A stretch of 64,000 bases of DNA from Sedimentisphaerales bacterium (GTDB lineage Bacteria; Planctomycetota; Phycisphaerae; Sedimentisphaerales; SM23-30): positions 213,486 through 277,485 of the forward strand of contig OY763926.1 in NCBI GenBank assembly GCA_963667715.1, written 5' to 3'. Position 1 is the stretch's first letter. The number at the start of each line of letters is the position of its first letter. Positions 17,488-28,145 of the stretch are shown piece by piece. A model generated the notes under the pieces. That model searched no databases. It was not told the origin of the DNA and worked only from the letters and a program-made list of their open reading frames with translations. The position numbers and the translations under genes were made by a program.

Positions 17488-19575
17488 TTATTGGAGCCAG
17501 TTTTGGGCGAGGGTTGCGAAGTCCTGGATGTTTATTGTGCCGTCGGGGGCTAGGTCGCAGTCGAGGCAGGTTGGGTTGGATTCGCAATCGGTGAGCCAGA
17601 AGGCGGCCATGTTTGCCAGGTCGGCAATAGTGGCGGGCGGGCAGATTTCGTCAACTTCTATGACTATGCCGGGATTGTTGGCTATGATCAGCGGCAGGTC
17701 ACGGTTATAGCTTTCGCAGGTAATAGGGTTACCTGTGAGTGATAGTCGGGTAAGGTTAGTTAGTTTGGTAAGAGCAGAGATGTCGGTTATGTTATTGTTG
17801 TCAAGGTATAGCTCTATTAGGCTTGGCATCTCAGCTAGTATTGATAGGTCAGAGATACTACAATTTTTTGCATATAGACTATGTAGCCTTATAGCATATT
17901 CGAGTCCGGTAAGGTCAGAGATATCATAGCCTGAAATCCTCAGATAAAAAGCCATGAGCATGTCACAGCTAGTCAGATCTGTTACCCCTAGAGTGTCTGA
18001 TACAATATCCTTTAAGAATGGGTCATTGAACATATCTGTGACCGGGTCAGTACAATTGCAAGTATAGTGTCGTTCGAAGTACATATATGGGTTGTTGGAA
18101 AGGATTGTGCTGACATCCTGAAAATAATGATCACATGAAATTGGATTCATCTTAGTCATAAGATATCTTAGATTGGAAAGCGAAGTTAAAGGCTCCAGGT
18201 CGGTAATCTGGTTATCGTACAGGTACAGGTATTCAAGCGAATCAAGTTCGGAGAGCGGAGTGAGGTCGGTTACCATATTATGAGATAGATGAAGTTCGTA
18301 TAGTCTGTGGGCATGTTCCAGACCGGTAAGGTCTGTGATGCCTGCCGAGGACACGGTCAAATAGTAGAGATTTCGCATATCCCAGGCAGTTGGGTTTGTA
18401 ATACCAATTTCATTTTCTACAGCGGCTTTCAGGACAGGATCATTGAAGAGAACCGGCTCTGCTTCCTGACCGTCAGGCAGGCAGCTGTAATCTTCGTATA
18501 GAATTTTGAAATAGTCTGGATTGTTGGCTGTGAGGATAGGTATTATTTCGTTAATTGATGAACAGTAAAGCTGGTTATTGTTCAGGTTAACGAATATTAG
18601 ATTTGTCATTGCGGATAACGGGGCGAGATCGTGGATGTTGTTGTTCCTGAAGCCTAATACTTCAAGGTTAGGCAGGCCGGCTAATGGGGCAATATCGGAT
18701 ATTTGGTTGTCATAGGCGTATATAGAACGTAGAGATGTTATTGAAGACAGGAAGCTGAGGTCCGAGATGTTGCAATTATCCATATCTAAAAACTGCAGTT
18801 CTGATAGTGACTGAAGAATATTATAGTTAGTTATGTTAGGATTTTCAGATATATTTAAGGAAGAAATTCGGTCAAAGTTTAATAAAAAGCTGATGTCGGT
18901 AAGGTTACAGTCAGCAATATAAAGGGTAAATAGATTCTCCATATGACATATGGGCGTGAAGTCGGTTATCGGATTGCCACTTAGACCTACAGAGCTTAGT
19001 TCCATACTCGAAAGGAAGCTGATATCAGAGATATTACAGTATGCAATTCCAATGTTTTCGAGTAGTGGCAGGGTAGGCAGAATAGAGAAATCGGTTATAG
19101 GGTTACTGCCCAGAAAAAGTTTGGATAAGTTTGGCAGGTTGGAGAGGAAGCTGATGTCCGAGATATTACAGTCACCAATGTTTAATAAAGAGAGGCTGGT
19201 AATATTACCGAGGTTTTCAGGGTTAGTTATATTATTACCAGATAAGTATAGATATTTTAGGTTAGTAAGCGATGTGATAGGAGATATGTCGGTTATGTTA
19301 TAGTTGTCAAGGTGCAGGCTTTCAAGATTGAGGGCATATTCGAGACCGGTGAGATCGGTTATTTCTACTGAAGCGATACGGTATAAATCTGTAAGTAAGA
19401 GCATGTCGCTTTCGGTTGGGTCTGTAATGCCAAGCTGTATTTCGACCGTTGATTTCAGGTTGGGGTCGGTGAAGGTGACCGGGGTATCAGGTGCGGCCAG
19501 GGCCGGGCTGAAGGTTGAGGTGAAAAGCTGGACAAAAACAGATAGGAATACGATAGCTAAACAGTTCTTTTTCAT
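17488..19575 (-). CDS. Secreted leucine-rich-repeat (internalin-like) protein with C-terminal dockerin-like module
   Basis: Start set at MKKNCLAIVFLSVF (signal peptide). Many 22-aa LRRs (LxxLxLxxNxIxDIsxL). The C-terminus reads CDLAPDGTINIQDFATLAQNWLQ. Confidence 0.85.
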   Translation of the reverse strand: MKKNCLAIVFLSVFVQLFTSTFSPALAAPDTPVTFTDPNLKSTVEIQLGITDPTESDMLLLTDLYRIASVEITDLTGLEYALNLESLHLDNYNITDISPITSLTNLKYLYLSGNNITNPENLGNITSLSLLNIGDCNISDISFLSNLPNLSKLFLGSNPITDFSILPTLPLLENIGIAYCNISDISFLSSMELSSVGLSGNPITDFTPICHMENLFTLYIADCNLTDISFLLNFDRISSLNISENPNITNYNILQSLSELQFLDMDNCNISDLSFLSSITSLRSIYAYDNQISDIAPLAGLPNLEVLGFRNNNIHDLAPLSAMTNLIFVNLNNNQLYCSSINEIIPILTANNPDYFKILYEDYSCLPDGQEAEPVLFNDPVLKAAVENEIGITNPTAWDMRNLYYLTVSSAGITDLTGLEHAHRLYELHLSHNMVTDLTPLSELDSLEYLYLYDNQITDLEPLTSLSNLRYLMTKMNPISCDHYFQDVSTILSNNPYMYFERHYTCNCTDPVTDMFNDPFLKDIVSDTLGVTDLTSCDMLMAFYLRISGYDISDLTGLEYAIRLHSLYAKNCSISDLSILAEMPSLIELYLDNNNITDISALTKLTNLTRLSLTGNPITCESYNRDLPLIIANNPGIVIEVDEICPPATIADLANMAAFWLTDCESNPTCLDCDLAPDGTINIQDFATLAQNWLQ

Positions 19576-19918
19576 ATTATCCTCCCAGAATAAATGGCTC
19601 AATCAATATTACAGGCTGTAATTGAGCTGGTTAAAAAATAACAGGTATGGCTTATTATTTAAAAATGTTATGGTGTTTAACTTTGTGGGGGTTAAAAGGT
19701 ATGGTTCCCAATTATTATAATTTCACTCAGGCTGGACAAAAGATGACCAGCATTATTTCATAATAGGAAATTGGAGAATGTGATGCAAGAATAAAAAAGT
19801 TTTTTTATCCACAGCTAATAGGTGTTCGCTGGGGCGAACTGCTGATTGATTAATTTGCACAGATTTAAGAAGAATAATTAAGATTTTAACGCAGAGAAGT
19901 GAAGACGCAAAGTGCAAA

Positions 19919-20034
19919 GATTTTTTTGGATGGGATAACCGACCGCCTGTGGCGGTCTGGATTTTAGCGGCAGATTGAGTGGGGCGGAATATAGATTGTT
20001 GAATGTTTACATTCTCCGGGGGCGGGGGAGAAAG
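19919..20034 (+). repeat. M1 element copy C' (short form)
   Basis: Identical by eye to copy C. Confidence 0.6.
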
Positions 20035-20676
20035 TAGAAGAGGAGAATTATGAGTTTAAGGAAAGGGCGCGAAGACGCAAAGAGTTGGTTGGCAATTTTG
20101 GGGTGGTTGGAGATGGTGGCATTGAGAAGATTTTTTACCACAGAGGGCACAGAGAACACAGAGAAGAAGAATTTTTTGCAGGGATAGAGGATAAGAAGAT
20201 GATAATCAGGATAGCGAATTAAGGTTATTAACCTGCAAAGTTCGTGTGCTTTTAACGAGGATGTAACGTGCGATTATTTAGCAAGTTACATTGAATGTGA
20301 AAAATAATGACACATATAAAACAAGAAGTTGATGAATAGTAGTACAGAGAAGAAGAGGATTTCACGCAAAGGCGCAAGGTGCTTCGCACCCGCAAAGGAA
20401 GAAGAATAGTTGCTAGGATGCGAGGATTTTTAGGATAAGAAGATGATGATTAGGATAGTGAATTAAGGTTATTGACCTGCAAAGTTAGTGTGCTTTTAAC
20501 GAGGATGTAACGTGCGATTATTTAGCAAGTTAGATTGAATGTGAAAAATAATGACACATAAAAAACAAGAAAATGATGGATAGTAGTGCAGAGGGAAGAA
20601 AATATAATAATAAAATGTCAGGTTGTAGTGTAACTTATATACCAGGTTATTTGAGATGGTTGGGGAAGTTATATTG

Positions 20677-20718
20677 AGAATCACAAGTCCCGATGTGCTT
20701 CGGGACTTGTGCTACTTA
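20677..20718 (-). repeat. Class-1 REP S5
   Basis: AGAATCACAAGTCCCGAtgtgcTTCGGGACTTGTGCTACTTA. Confidence 0.7.
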
Positions 20719-20744
20719 GGAGACGCAATATTTTGCGTCTCTAC
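20719..20744 (-). repeat. Class-2 REP R2-4
   Basis: GGAGACGCAAtattTTGCGTCTCTAC. Confidence 0.7.
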
Positions 20745-20780
20745 TGGGGTGGCTAGTGTGGGTAAAGTGGAAAAAAAGTT

Positions 20781-20809
20781 TTGGCTTTGGGGTTTTTGGC
20801 CGATATAAT
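20781..20809 (+). promoter_or_regulatory. Candidate sigma70-type promoter for ilvBN
   Basis: TTGGCT-17 nt-TATAAT, ~180 nt upstream of the ilvB ATG. Confidence 0.35.
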
Positions 20810-20989
20810 ATATCGTATTACAATTTAATAATAATGCCTGCATGGTTTTACGGGCTGCGATTTTGGATGACAAGATTTCATAACTGGTTTTTGGTAAAGG
20901 TTTTACTGATTATGAGTTTGATTTCCCATCCGGCGGAACATCGCAATATCCCGGCACAATATGGTAACACAAAACATAAGGAGATGACC

Positions 20990-22729
20990 ATGGCAGATAG
21001 AAATAGTGGCACTGCGAGCGAAAAAAGCGCAGCTGCGAAAGAAATTAATGGCGCACAATATCTTTGTGACCTGCTGGTAGAGCAGGGAGTCGATCAATTA
21101 TTCGGCTATCCAGGCGGTGTAGTACTTCCTATCTTTGACGCTCTCTATGACAGTGAGCTAGAGTTAATCCTGACCAGACACGAGCAGAATGCGACACATG
21201 CCGCAGACGGCTATAGCCGATCTACAGGCAAAACCGGTGTTGTACTGGTAACCTCGGGTCCGGGCGCATGTAATACGATTACTGGTATTGCAACAGCTTA
21301 CATGGATTCCATTCCGATGGTAATTATCACAGGTCAGGTCAAAACCCACCTTATCGGTAATGATGCGTTTCAGGAAGCAGATACTACAGGTATAACTCGT
21401 CCGATCACAAAGCATAATTATATCGTAAAGGATGTAAAGGATCTTGGCAGGATCGTCAAGGAAGCGTTTTTCCTGGCGAAGTCCGGTAGGCCGGGACCTG
21501 TTCTGATCGATCTGCCAGCTGATGTTTCAGCAGCTAAGCTGGTCCGTAATAAGGCATCAGAAGAGATTAATCTGCCAGGATATAAGCCTCGCGAAGAAGG
21601 TCATATCCGTCAGATCCAGAAGGCCGCAGAAGCGATCAATGAAGCGAAGAAACCAGTTATATATACAGGTGGCGGCGTAATTCTGGCTGGCGCGTCAGAT
21701 GAGCTAAGGGATTTTGTTGCTAAAGCCCACGCCCCAATAACTACAACTCTTTTAGGTTTGGGAGCTTACGACGAGACCGATCCATTAAGCTTACATATGT
21801 TGGGTATGCATGGAACGGCTTATGCTAACTTTGCTATCCAGGAATGTGATCTGCTGGTTTCAGTTGGTGCTCGCTTTGACGACCGTGTAACAGGTGACGT
21901 AAAGCGTTTTGCCCCTCATGCTAAGATCGTTCATATTGATATTGATCCTGCGAGTATCTCCAAGACAATTAAGGTCGATATTCCGGTAGTAGGTAACTGT
22001 AAGCAGATCTTACCTATCTTGACAGAGCTGGTAGAGACTAAGCCGCGAACAGAATGGATGGCTCGAATTAATGAGCTAAAGGACAGGTATCCGCTAGCAT
22101 ATGATAATAGTACAGATGGTATCAAGCCACAGTATGTAATAGAGGAAATGGCACGTCAAACCTGTCATAATGCAATTGTGACAACAGGCGTAGGCCAGCA
22201 CCAGATGTGGGCGGCTCAGTTTTATGGGTTTAGAAAGCCAAAACAGATCATCACTTCAGGTGGTCTGGGAACGATGGGCTTTGGACTGCCAGCTGCAATA
22301 GGAGCTCAGATCGCTAATCCTCATGATACAGTAGTATGTATCGAAGGAGATAGTAGTTTCAGTATGGCGTTGCATGATGTACCGACTGCGGTAGAGAGAT
22401 CATTGCCGTTGAAGATCTGTGTACTGAATAATGGTTACATGGGTATGGTTCGTCAGTGGCAGGAACTATTCTATAAGAGAAGGTATAGTAAGAGTTACTT
22501 ACAGCATCCGTGTTTTGCTGAGGTTGCCAATGCATTTGGGGCGACAGGCCTGGTAGCTAAGAAGAAATCAGATGTACCGAAGGTAATCGAACAGATGCTC
22601 AATGAGAAGAAATGCTGTGTAGTTGACTTCCATGTAGAGCCAGAAGAAAATGTATGGCCAATGGTAGCAGCGGGCAAGAGTTTGCATGAGATGGACGGAT
22701 TGCCGACAGCGAAAGTTGAGCGTGTATAG
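20990..22729 (+). CDS. ilvB: Acetolactate synthase large subunit
   Basis: ThDP-enzyme motifs: GYPGGVVLPIFDAL, TSGPGACN, GGLGTMGFGLPAAIGA and EGDSSF...NNGYMGMVRQWQ. The start is set at the ATG 6 nt after AAGGAG. The track ORF's 78-aa N-terminal extension is unlikely to be real. Confidence 0.92.
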   Translation: MADRNSGTASEKSAAAKEINGAQYLCDLLVEQGVDQLFGYPGGVVLPIFDALYDSELELILTRHEQNATHAADGYSRSTGKTGVVLVTSGPGACNTITGIATAYMDSIPMVIITGQVKTHLIGNDAFQEADTTGITRPITKHNYIVKDVKDLGRIVKEAFFLAKSGRPGPVLIDLPADVSAAKLVRNKASEEINLPGYKPREEGHIRQIQKAAEAINEAKKPVIYTGGGVILAGASDELRDFVAKAHAPITTTLLGLGAYDETDPLSLHMLGMHGTAYANFAIQECDLLVSVGARFDDRVTGDVKRFAPHAKIVHIDIDPASISKTIKVDIPVVGNCKQILPILTELVETKPRTEWMARINELKDRYPLAYDNSTDGIKPQYVIEEMARQTCHNAIVTTGVGQHQMWAAQFYGFRKPKQIITSGGLGTMGFGLPAAIGAQIANPHDTVVCIEGDSSFSMALHDVPTAVERSLPLKICVLNNGYMGMVRQWQELFYKRRYSKSYLQHPCFAEVANAFGATGLVAKKKSDVPKVIEQMLNEKKCCVVDFHVEPEENVWPMVAAGKSLHEMDGLPTAKVERV

Positions 22730-22796
22730 TTCTTTTACTGTAAAGATTGACTATAAAAGTACTTAGTTACTTTTTTATATATAAAGAGGTATTATC

Positions 22797-23276
22797 ATGA
22801 TGAAAAAAACAATAAGCGTATTAGTTCAGAACCAGTCAGGCGTTCTGGCGACAGTAGCAGGTATGTTCGCAGCTCGCGGATTTAATATCGATTCGCTGGC
22901 GGTAGGCAGGACCGAAGATCCCGATATAAGTAGAATGACAATAGTTGTTATTGGTGACGATAGTGTACTTGAGCAGGTTCGTAAACAGCTGGGTAAGATC
23001 GTGCCGGTGATCAAGATCTTCGATTTTACAACCTCTAACCTGGTACAGAGAGAGCTTATGCTGTTGTCAGTGAATACGATCCCAGAAAAGCGTCCTGAGA
23101 TTCAGTCACTGGTAGAGATGTTCAATGCGAAGGTAGTTGATATTGGCTCAAAGTTTATAACTATCGAGGTTTCCGGGCCAACCGATAAGATCGAGGCATT
23201 TATAGATATGTGCCGTCCTTACGGGATAAAAGATGTTGTCAGGACTGGTATTATTGCGTTGCCGAGAAAGGTATAG
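22797..23276 (+). CDS. ilvN: Acetolactate synthase small (regulatory) subunit
   Basis: ACT domain SVLVQNQSGVLATVAGMFAARGFNIDSLAVG, directly downstream of ilvB. Confidence 0.92.
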   Translation: MMKKTISVLVQNQSGVLATVAGMFAARGFNIDSLAVGRTEDPDISRMTIVVIGDDSVLEQVRKQLGKIVPVIKIFDFTTSNLVQRELMLLSVNTIPEKRPEIQSLVEMFNAKVVDIGSKFITIEVSGPTDKIEAFIDMCRPYGIKDVVRTGIIALPRKV

Positions 23277-23306
23277 AAACTTATTGACCGATGGTGAATA
23301 AGTTTA

Positions 23307-23351
23307 GAAGTTAGGAATTAGAAATTAGAAATTAGAAATTAGAAATTAGAA
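23307..23351 (+). repeat. Octamer microsatellite (GAAATTAG)n, about 5-6 units
   Basis: GAAGTTAGGAATTAGAAATTAGAAATTAGAAATTAGAAATTAG. Confidence 0.85.
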
Positions 23352-23384
23352 AACCCCGAAATATGATTATTTCGGGGTTTTTTG
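23352..23384 (+). terminator. Rho-independent terminator of ilvBN
   Basis: AACCCCGAAAT-atgatt-ATTTCGGGGTT followed by a T-run. Confidence 0.85.
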
Positions 23385-23413
23385 TTTATATGGTTGGAGA
23401 AGTATATATATTA

Positions 23414-23446
23414 AGAATCACAAGCAAGGATGCTTGTGCTACCTTA
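23414..23446 (-). repeat. Class-1 REP S6
   Basis: AGAATCACAAGCaaggatGCTTGTGCTACCTTA. The stop codon of the 23444-24031 gene lies in the flank. Confidence 0.7.
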
Positions 23447-24031
23447 TTGTTTTGCATTATCGGTATTTTCTGATTCTGACTGTTTGGCTTTAAGTTCGGT
23501 GATCGCGTTTTCCAGTTCTTTGATCTTTGCTACCAGGTCAGCGTTTTGCTTCTGGAGTGCTTCGATCTGAGAGGAAAGTTCGGTATTTTTTGTTTGAGAG
23601 ACGTTTAGCTTATTTTGCAGCTCAACGGATTTTTGGGTTTGCTGGTCGCTGTCGGTTTTAGCGTTAGCGAGATCCTGGGTAATATTTGCGACTTTTGCTT
23701 CATAGTCTTTGCATTTATTATTGAACTCTTTGATCTGCTGAGCGGCATTTGCGAGTTTTTCTTTTAGTTCGGTAGTGGCCAGAGTCATTTTATCCTGGAT
23801 TTTGCCTATTTTATCACTTTGCTCGCTAATAGTCGCTTTGAAAGCCTGAGCCTGGGCCTGAGCCTGCTTGGTGCAGTCTTGATTTTGCTCCATAGAAGAA
23901 GCGAGTATGCTTTCCATCGCATCGATTTCCGCTTCGAGCAGTGTGTTTTGCTCCTGACACTGGATTAGGGGCTTATTATCACAGCCGCCAATAGACAGCG
24001 CCAAAATTGCAAGTAGACAGATTTTTTTCAT
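23444..24031 (-). CDS. Coiled-coil lipoprotein (hypothetical)
   Basis: Lipobox MKKICLLAILALSIGGC. The remainder is Q/E/K/A-rich heptad-like sequence. Confidence 0.6.
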   Translation of the reverse strand: MKKICLLAILALSIGGCDNKPLIQCQEQNTLLEAEIDAMESILASSMEQNQDCTKQAQAQAQAFKATISEQSDKIGKIQDKMTLATTELKEKLANAAQQIKEFNNKCKDYEAKVANITQDLANAKTDSDQQTQKSVELQNKLNVSQTKNTELSSQIEALQKQNADLVAKIKELENAITELKAKQSESENTDNAKQ

Positions 24032-24835
24032 TTTAACTCCTGATGTTTATTATGTAGAGTTTTCGGTCTTAACATATTAATAACTTTAAATTAATAGGTT
24101 AATGTGAGATATGGCCGGTAGTATGAGTATTTTGATGATGATTTGGCGGGAAATGCTATTAATATAGTATATTGGCATTTTTTTCTGATATTTAGCGAGT
24201 TTGCCGATATAACTATATAGTGAATATGCTATACTGGAAAAAGGTGAATAATCGCTTTTGTCTAGAATAATAATCTTGACGAAATGTGAGCATTTACTAG
24301 AATGGAAAACTGAATAAATAGTTTGTAAATTTTTTTATTTATTACATGTTAAAAGCCATTGCAGGGCTTTAACTGAAATTTGATAATAACCTGGCTTTTC
24401 AAGCTGTTACAGAGAATTAAGATAACTGTATACAAGCTGACAATATATAAGCAGTTAGAATAAAGGTATAATTATCAATCATGTTCTTTTTAACCCTGGC
24501 CAGAATTGACTGGCTACAGGATATTTATTTATATTTTTTGCTGACAAAACGGTTTAACGAACCAAATTGACAATTAAGTTTGCTGATATCCAAAGTGTTT
24601 AGCCGCTTTTTATAACGTGGTTTATGCGCTTTTATAATATAGAACTAGTCGCTGGCTTTAATGCGTAAGTCTATCGACCCAGGTGGTATTACCATTTCTT
24701 AATAGTCATAAAAAATATAGATAGATATTTGCTATATTATAATGATTGATCATTCTTTTTCTGCTTAGATTTCATTTCCAGGTGTTATCCTGTTTTACCT
24801 TGCAATTTGGTATTACCACAAACAGGAGATTCTAT

Positions 24836-26419
24836 ATGTATAATATGTTATTAGAAGCGCAGCCAGCTGCAATATTGGGCTATTTGCTTTGCGGCTTGGT
24901 GGGAGGCTTTTTTGCTTCATGGTTTATCATGACCATAATCGGTAAGTCCCGTATCAAAGATGCAGAAGATAAGGCGGCGGTAATTAATCGTGATGCGGAG
25001 TCACAGGCACAGAATATCATTAAGACAGCCCAGCTGGAGGCGAAGTCTGAGCAGATCCAGAAGCGAGAAGAGTTCGATAAGGAAACTTCAAAAATCAGGA
25101 ATGAGCTACGTGAGACCGAGAAACATCTGACCAAGAGAGAAGATTCGGTAGACAGGAAATGGGAGAATCTGACAGCTAAGGAAAAGAATCTGGATAAGCG
25201 CGATAATAAGCTGGCCCAGTTAGAAGGTGAGATCAAGGCAAAAGATGAGCAGTTAACAGCTTTGCTGGCACAACAGAGAGCAGAGCTATTGAAGATAGCA
25301 GGTATTTCAGTTGAAGAGGCTAAGGAAATGCTGCTGACCAGAATAGAAAATGATGTAACTCGTGAAGCGTCAGTGATGATCGAGTCGATAGTTGGGCGTG
25401 CCAAAGATGAGGCTGATTCCCGTAGTCGTGAGATAACACTGAATGCGATCCAGAGATATGCGGCCAGTCATACATGTGACTATACCGTATCGACAGTAGA
25501 CATTCCAAGTGATGATATGAAGGGTCGTGTAATTGGCCGTGAGGGTAGGAATATTCGAGCGTTTGAAAAGGCGACAGGAGTAGATGTTATTATTGACGAT
25601 ACGCCGGGAGTTGTTGTGGTTTCGGCATTTGATCCGGTTCGCAGGGAAGTTGCGAGACTAAGTCTAGAGAAACTGATCATGGACGGTCGTATACATCCGG
25701 CACGAATCGAAGAGATCGTGAACGAGACAACTAAGGAAATGGATAATAAACTGGTAGAGCTTGGTAAGCAGGCTGCGATGGAAGTAAATATCAATGGTCT
25801 GCCCGGTAAGCTGTTACCGAATATTGGTAGATTGCACTTCCGTACCAGTTATGGTCAGAATGTACTTAAGCATAGTATCGAAGTTGCGTTCCTTGCCCAG
25901 GCGATGGCAGAGGAGCTTGGTCTAGACGGTAATCTGGCACGTCGCTGCGGATTCCTGCATGATATTGGTAAGGCCGTGGACCATGAGATCGAGGGTGGTC
26001 ACCCACAGATCGGTGCAGACCTGCTGAAGAAGTTCCGTGAAAGTGAAGAAGTTCTTAACGCGGTTGCCGGTCATCATGGCGATATACCAGCGACCTCACC
26101 ATATACTCCACTGGTAGCAGCGGCCGATGCGATGAGTGCATCTCGTCCGGGCGCACGTCGTGAGACATTGGAAAGATATGTTAAGCGTCTTGAAAGTCTG
26201 GAAGAGATCGCGAATAATTTTACTGGTGTGAATCATTCATATGCAATTCAGGCCGGTCGTGAGATCAGAGTTATTGTTGACCCTGAAAAGGTAGATGATG
26301 GCAGTGCATGGAAGATCGCACGTGATATCGCGAATCAGGTAGAGAACGAACTTACCTATCCGGGCGAAGTGAAGATCACTCTGCTGCGTGAAGTAAGATG
26401 TATCGAGTTTGCTAAGTAA
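24836..26419 (+). CDS. rny: Ribonuclease Y
   Basis: N-terminal TM, then coiled coil, then KH ([15 protein letters not shown]) and HD ([15 protein letters not shown]) domains. The start is set at the ATG behind AGGAG; the track ORF begins 30 codons earlier. Confidence 0.92.
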   Translation: MYNMLLEAQPAAILGYLLCGLVGGFFASWFIMTIIGKSRIKDAEDKAAVINRDAESQAQNIIKTAQLEAKSEQIQKREEFDKETSKIRNELRETEKHLTKREDSVDRKWENLTAKEKNLDKRDNKLAQLEGEIKAKDEQLTALLAQQRAELLKIAGISVEEAKEMLLTRIENDVTREASVMIESIVGRAKDEADSRSREITLNAIQRYAASHTCDYTVSTVDIPSDDMKGRVIGREGRNIRAFEKATGVDVIIDDTPGVVVVSAFDPVRREVARLSLEKLIMDGRIHPARIEEIVNETTKEMDNKLVELGKQAAMEVNINGLPGKLLPNIGRLHFRTSYGQNVLKHSIEVAFLAQAMAEELGLDGNLARRCGFLHDIGKAVDHEIEGGHPQIGADLLKKFRESEEVLNAVAGHHGDIPATSPYTPLVAAADAMSASRPGARRETLERYVKRLESLEEIANNFTGVNHSYAIQAGREIRVIVDPEKVDDGSAWKIARDIANQVENELTYPGEVKITLLREVRCIEFAK

Positions 26420-26588
26420 TTTATTAAACTAGTAAACTAGTTTAATAGTAAAAGGTAAAAGGTTTGAGGATTCGCCCTTTGGGGCGAGGCTGATTAGTAG
26501 TTTTGACCACAGATTACAGACACTTATTCGTAAAGATGATGGTGGTAAGTCAGGATTTGTGGTAGAAGTAAAATAATAATATAAAAAT

Positions 26589-26616
26589 GTAGAGGCGCAA
26601 TAAAATGCGTCTCTAC
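26589..26616. repeat. Class-2 REP R2-5 (GTAG on both strands)
   Basis: GTAGAGGCGCAAtaaaaTGCGTCTCTAC, 32 nt upstream of ymdB. Confidence 0.65.
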
Positions 26617-26648
26617 TGTTTTTATCTGAGATGTTTGGATTCTGAGTT

Positions 26649-27509
26649 ATGCAGATCAAAGTTTTATGTATTGGCGATATTGTAGGGCGGCCAGGCAGAC
26701 AGGTGTTGTCCGAGAAATTACCAATTCTGGTGAAAGAACATAATATAAGCTGCGTAGTAGCAAATGCCGAGAATTCGGCTGGTGGTTCCGGCATTACGCC
26801 GCAGATCCATGATAAGCTGCTGAAATATGGTGTAAATGTAATTACGCTGGGCGACCATGTGTTCCGGAAAAAAGATATTATCAGTACTCTGAATAATTCG
26901 AGTAATATAATCCGTCCGGCGAATATGTCGGTATATGCGGCGGGCAAAGGATTTACAATATTCCATACTCAGGATGGCTGTGATGTGGCGGTAATATCTC
27001 TGCTGGGCAGGTTGTATATGAATCTGCCGGGTGAGAATCCTTATCTGGCGGTGGAGAAGATATTGCCGAAGCTGCCTTCGCATATTAAGGTAATAATTGT
27101 AGAGCTTCATGCAGAGGCGTCCAGCGAGAAAGTTGCGATGGGGCGTTTTCTTGATGGTAAGGTGTCGCTTGTATATGGTACGCATACCCATATTCCGACT
27201 GCGGACGAAGAGATATTTCCAGGTGGGACGGGGTATATAACTGATATTGGTATGACCGGCCCGCATGAATCGGTGCTGGGCAGGAATATTGAGCCGGTGG
27301 TGAAGAGCCTGGTGACACAGATGCCGTTTTCTTATAGTATCGCAACTCGCGACCTGAGAGTGAACGGGGTGCTGGCTACGATCGATAGTCATACGGGTAA
27401 GACAATAGAGCTTAAGCGTGTGCGAATAGACAGCGATATGTGCGATAGTATAGTATATGATCAGGATGATGGTTCTGCCAGCAGCAGGATCAATAGTTCG
27501 TTTGATTGA
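26649..27509 (+). CDS. ymdB: YmdB-like metallophosphoesterase (TIGR00282 family, 2',3'-cyclic-nucleotide phosphodiesterase)
   Basis: MQIKVLCIGDIVGRPGR, ANAENSAGGSGIT and GDH motifs. The rny-ymdB neighbourhood is conserved. Confidence 0.88.
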   Translation: MQIKVLCIGDIVGRPGRQVLSEKLPILVKEHNISCVVANAENSAGGSGITPQIHDKLLKYGVNVITLGDHVFRKKDIISTLNNSSNIIRPANMSVYAAGKGFTIFHTQDGCDVAVISLLGRLYMNLPGENPYLAVEKILPKLPSHIKVIIVELHAEASSEKVAMGRFLDGKVSLVYGTHTHIPTADEEIFPGGTGYITDIGMTGPHESVLGRNIEPVVKSLVTQMPFSYSIATRDLRVNGVLATIDSHTGKTIELKRVRIDSDMCDSIVYDQDDGSASSRINSSFD

Positions 27510-28100
27510 TTTAGGAATTAGTCCCGATGTGCATCGGGATAGAAATTAGGGGGAGTTTGGGGTATTGTTTTTTAGGGTTGCCGGGGGCGGTGCGCAACTA
27601 AAATGTAAGAATATCAATCCACAGATTTATTTTAATGGGTTCGCTACCGCGAGCTGCTGATTGATTAATTTACACAGATTAAAGAAGAATAATTAAGAAG
27701 AGAATTAAGAGTTTTTTTACCATGAAGTTCAGGGAGATCATAGGGCGTTCAAGCCGCAACCAAAAGTAATAAGAAACAAGAAATAAGCTCCTGTTTCTCG
27801 CTATGCTCGAAGCTAATTTATTTAAGAGTTAGTATGTTTGCGGTATGGTTATTGAGCTCTATTGCTAAATGAGTTACAGATGTTACAAGAAATAATCGAA
27901 CATAAAAAACAATGTTTTGGGAGATAGTAGTATGAAGGGGGGGGAAGAGTTTAACGCAAAGGCGCGAAGTCGCAAAGAGTTGGTTGGCGACTGGGGAGGG
28001 GGTTGGGATTTGTGATATGATTGGAAAGTAAGGAAGAAGACTGAAGAATCCCGATGTACATCGGGAAAGGCCGGAACTCTTGCGCGGGGAGTTGGTTGGC
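27510..28100 (+). repeat. Mosaic intergenic cluster C8 (mini-hairpin 27522-27539, a, b, i-variant, c, j)
   Basis: Module a is at 27618-27687. Module j is ...GGAAAGTAAGGAAGAAGACTGAAGAATCCCGATGTACATCGGGAAAGG. Confidence 0.8.
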
Positions 28101-28145
28101 GATTTTGGGCGTTTATTGCAACTTGAAAAGTGCGAAAGTAAACTC

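Larger units (their letters stand above)
19795..20750 (+). repeat. Mosaic intergenic cluster C7 (a, M1 short form, c, d, e, g-variant, i, f, g, i, S5, class-2 REP); right copy of the direct repeat bracketing the LRR gene
   Basis: Module a is at 19808-19872. Module i (~130 bp, AATTAAGGTTATTGACCTGCAAAGTT..) is duplicated at ~20215 and ~20455. Confidence 0.85.

Noticed and set aside
20756-20989. N-terminal extension of ilvB rich in L/V/I (FLVKVLLIMSLI): an ilv leader peptide or attenuator?
   Set aside because: It is in frame with ilvB and has no stop codon, so it cannot be a separate leader peptide. A strong AAGGAG sits just before the ATG at 20990. I found no convincing terminator/antiterminator pair.
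28080-28145. Track start codons upstream of better-supported starts, for example 28080, 24746, 41255, 52074, 47240, 19602, 39048 and 58173
   Set aside because: The extensions lie in repeat or AT-rich DNA, often use TTG/GTG, and precede obvious signal peptides or conserved N-termini. Starts were moved to internal ATGs, with residual uncertainty.
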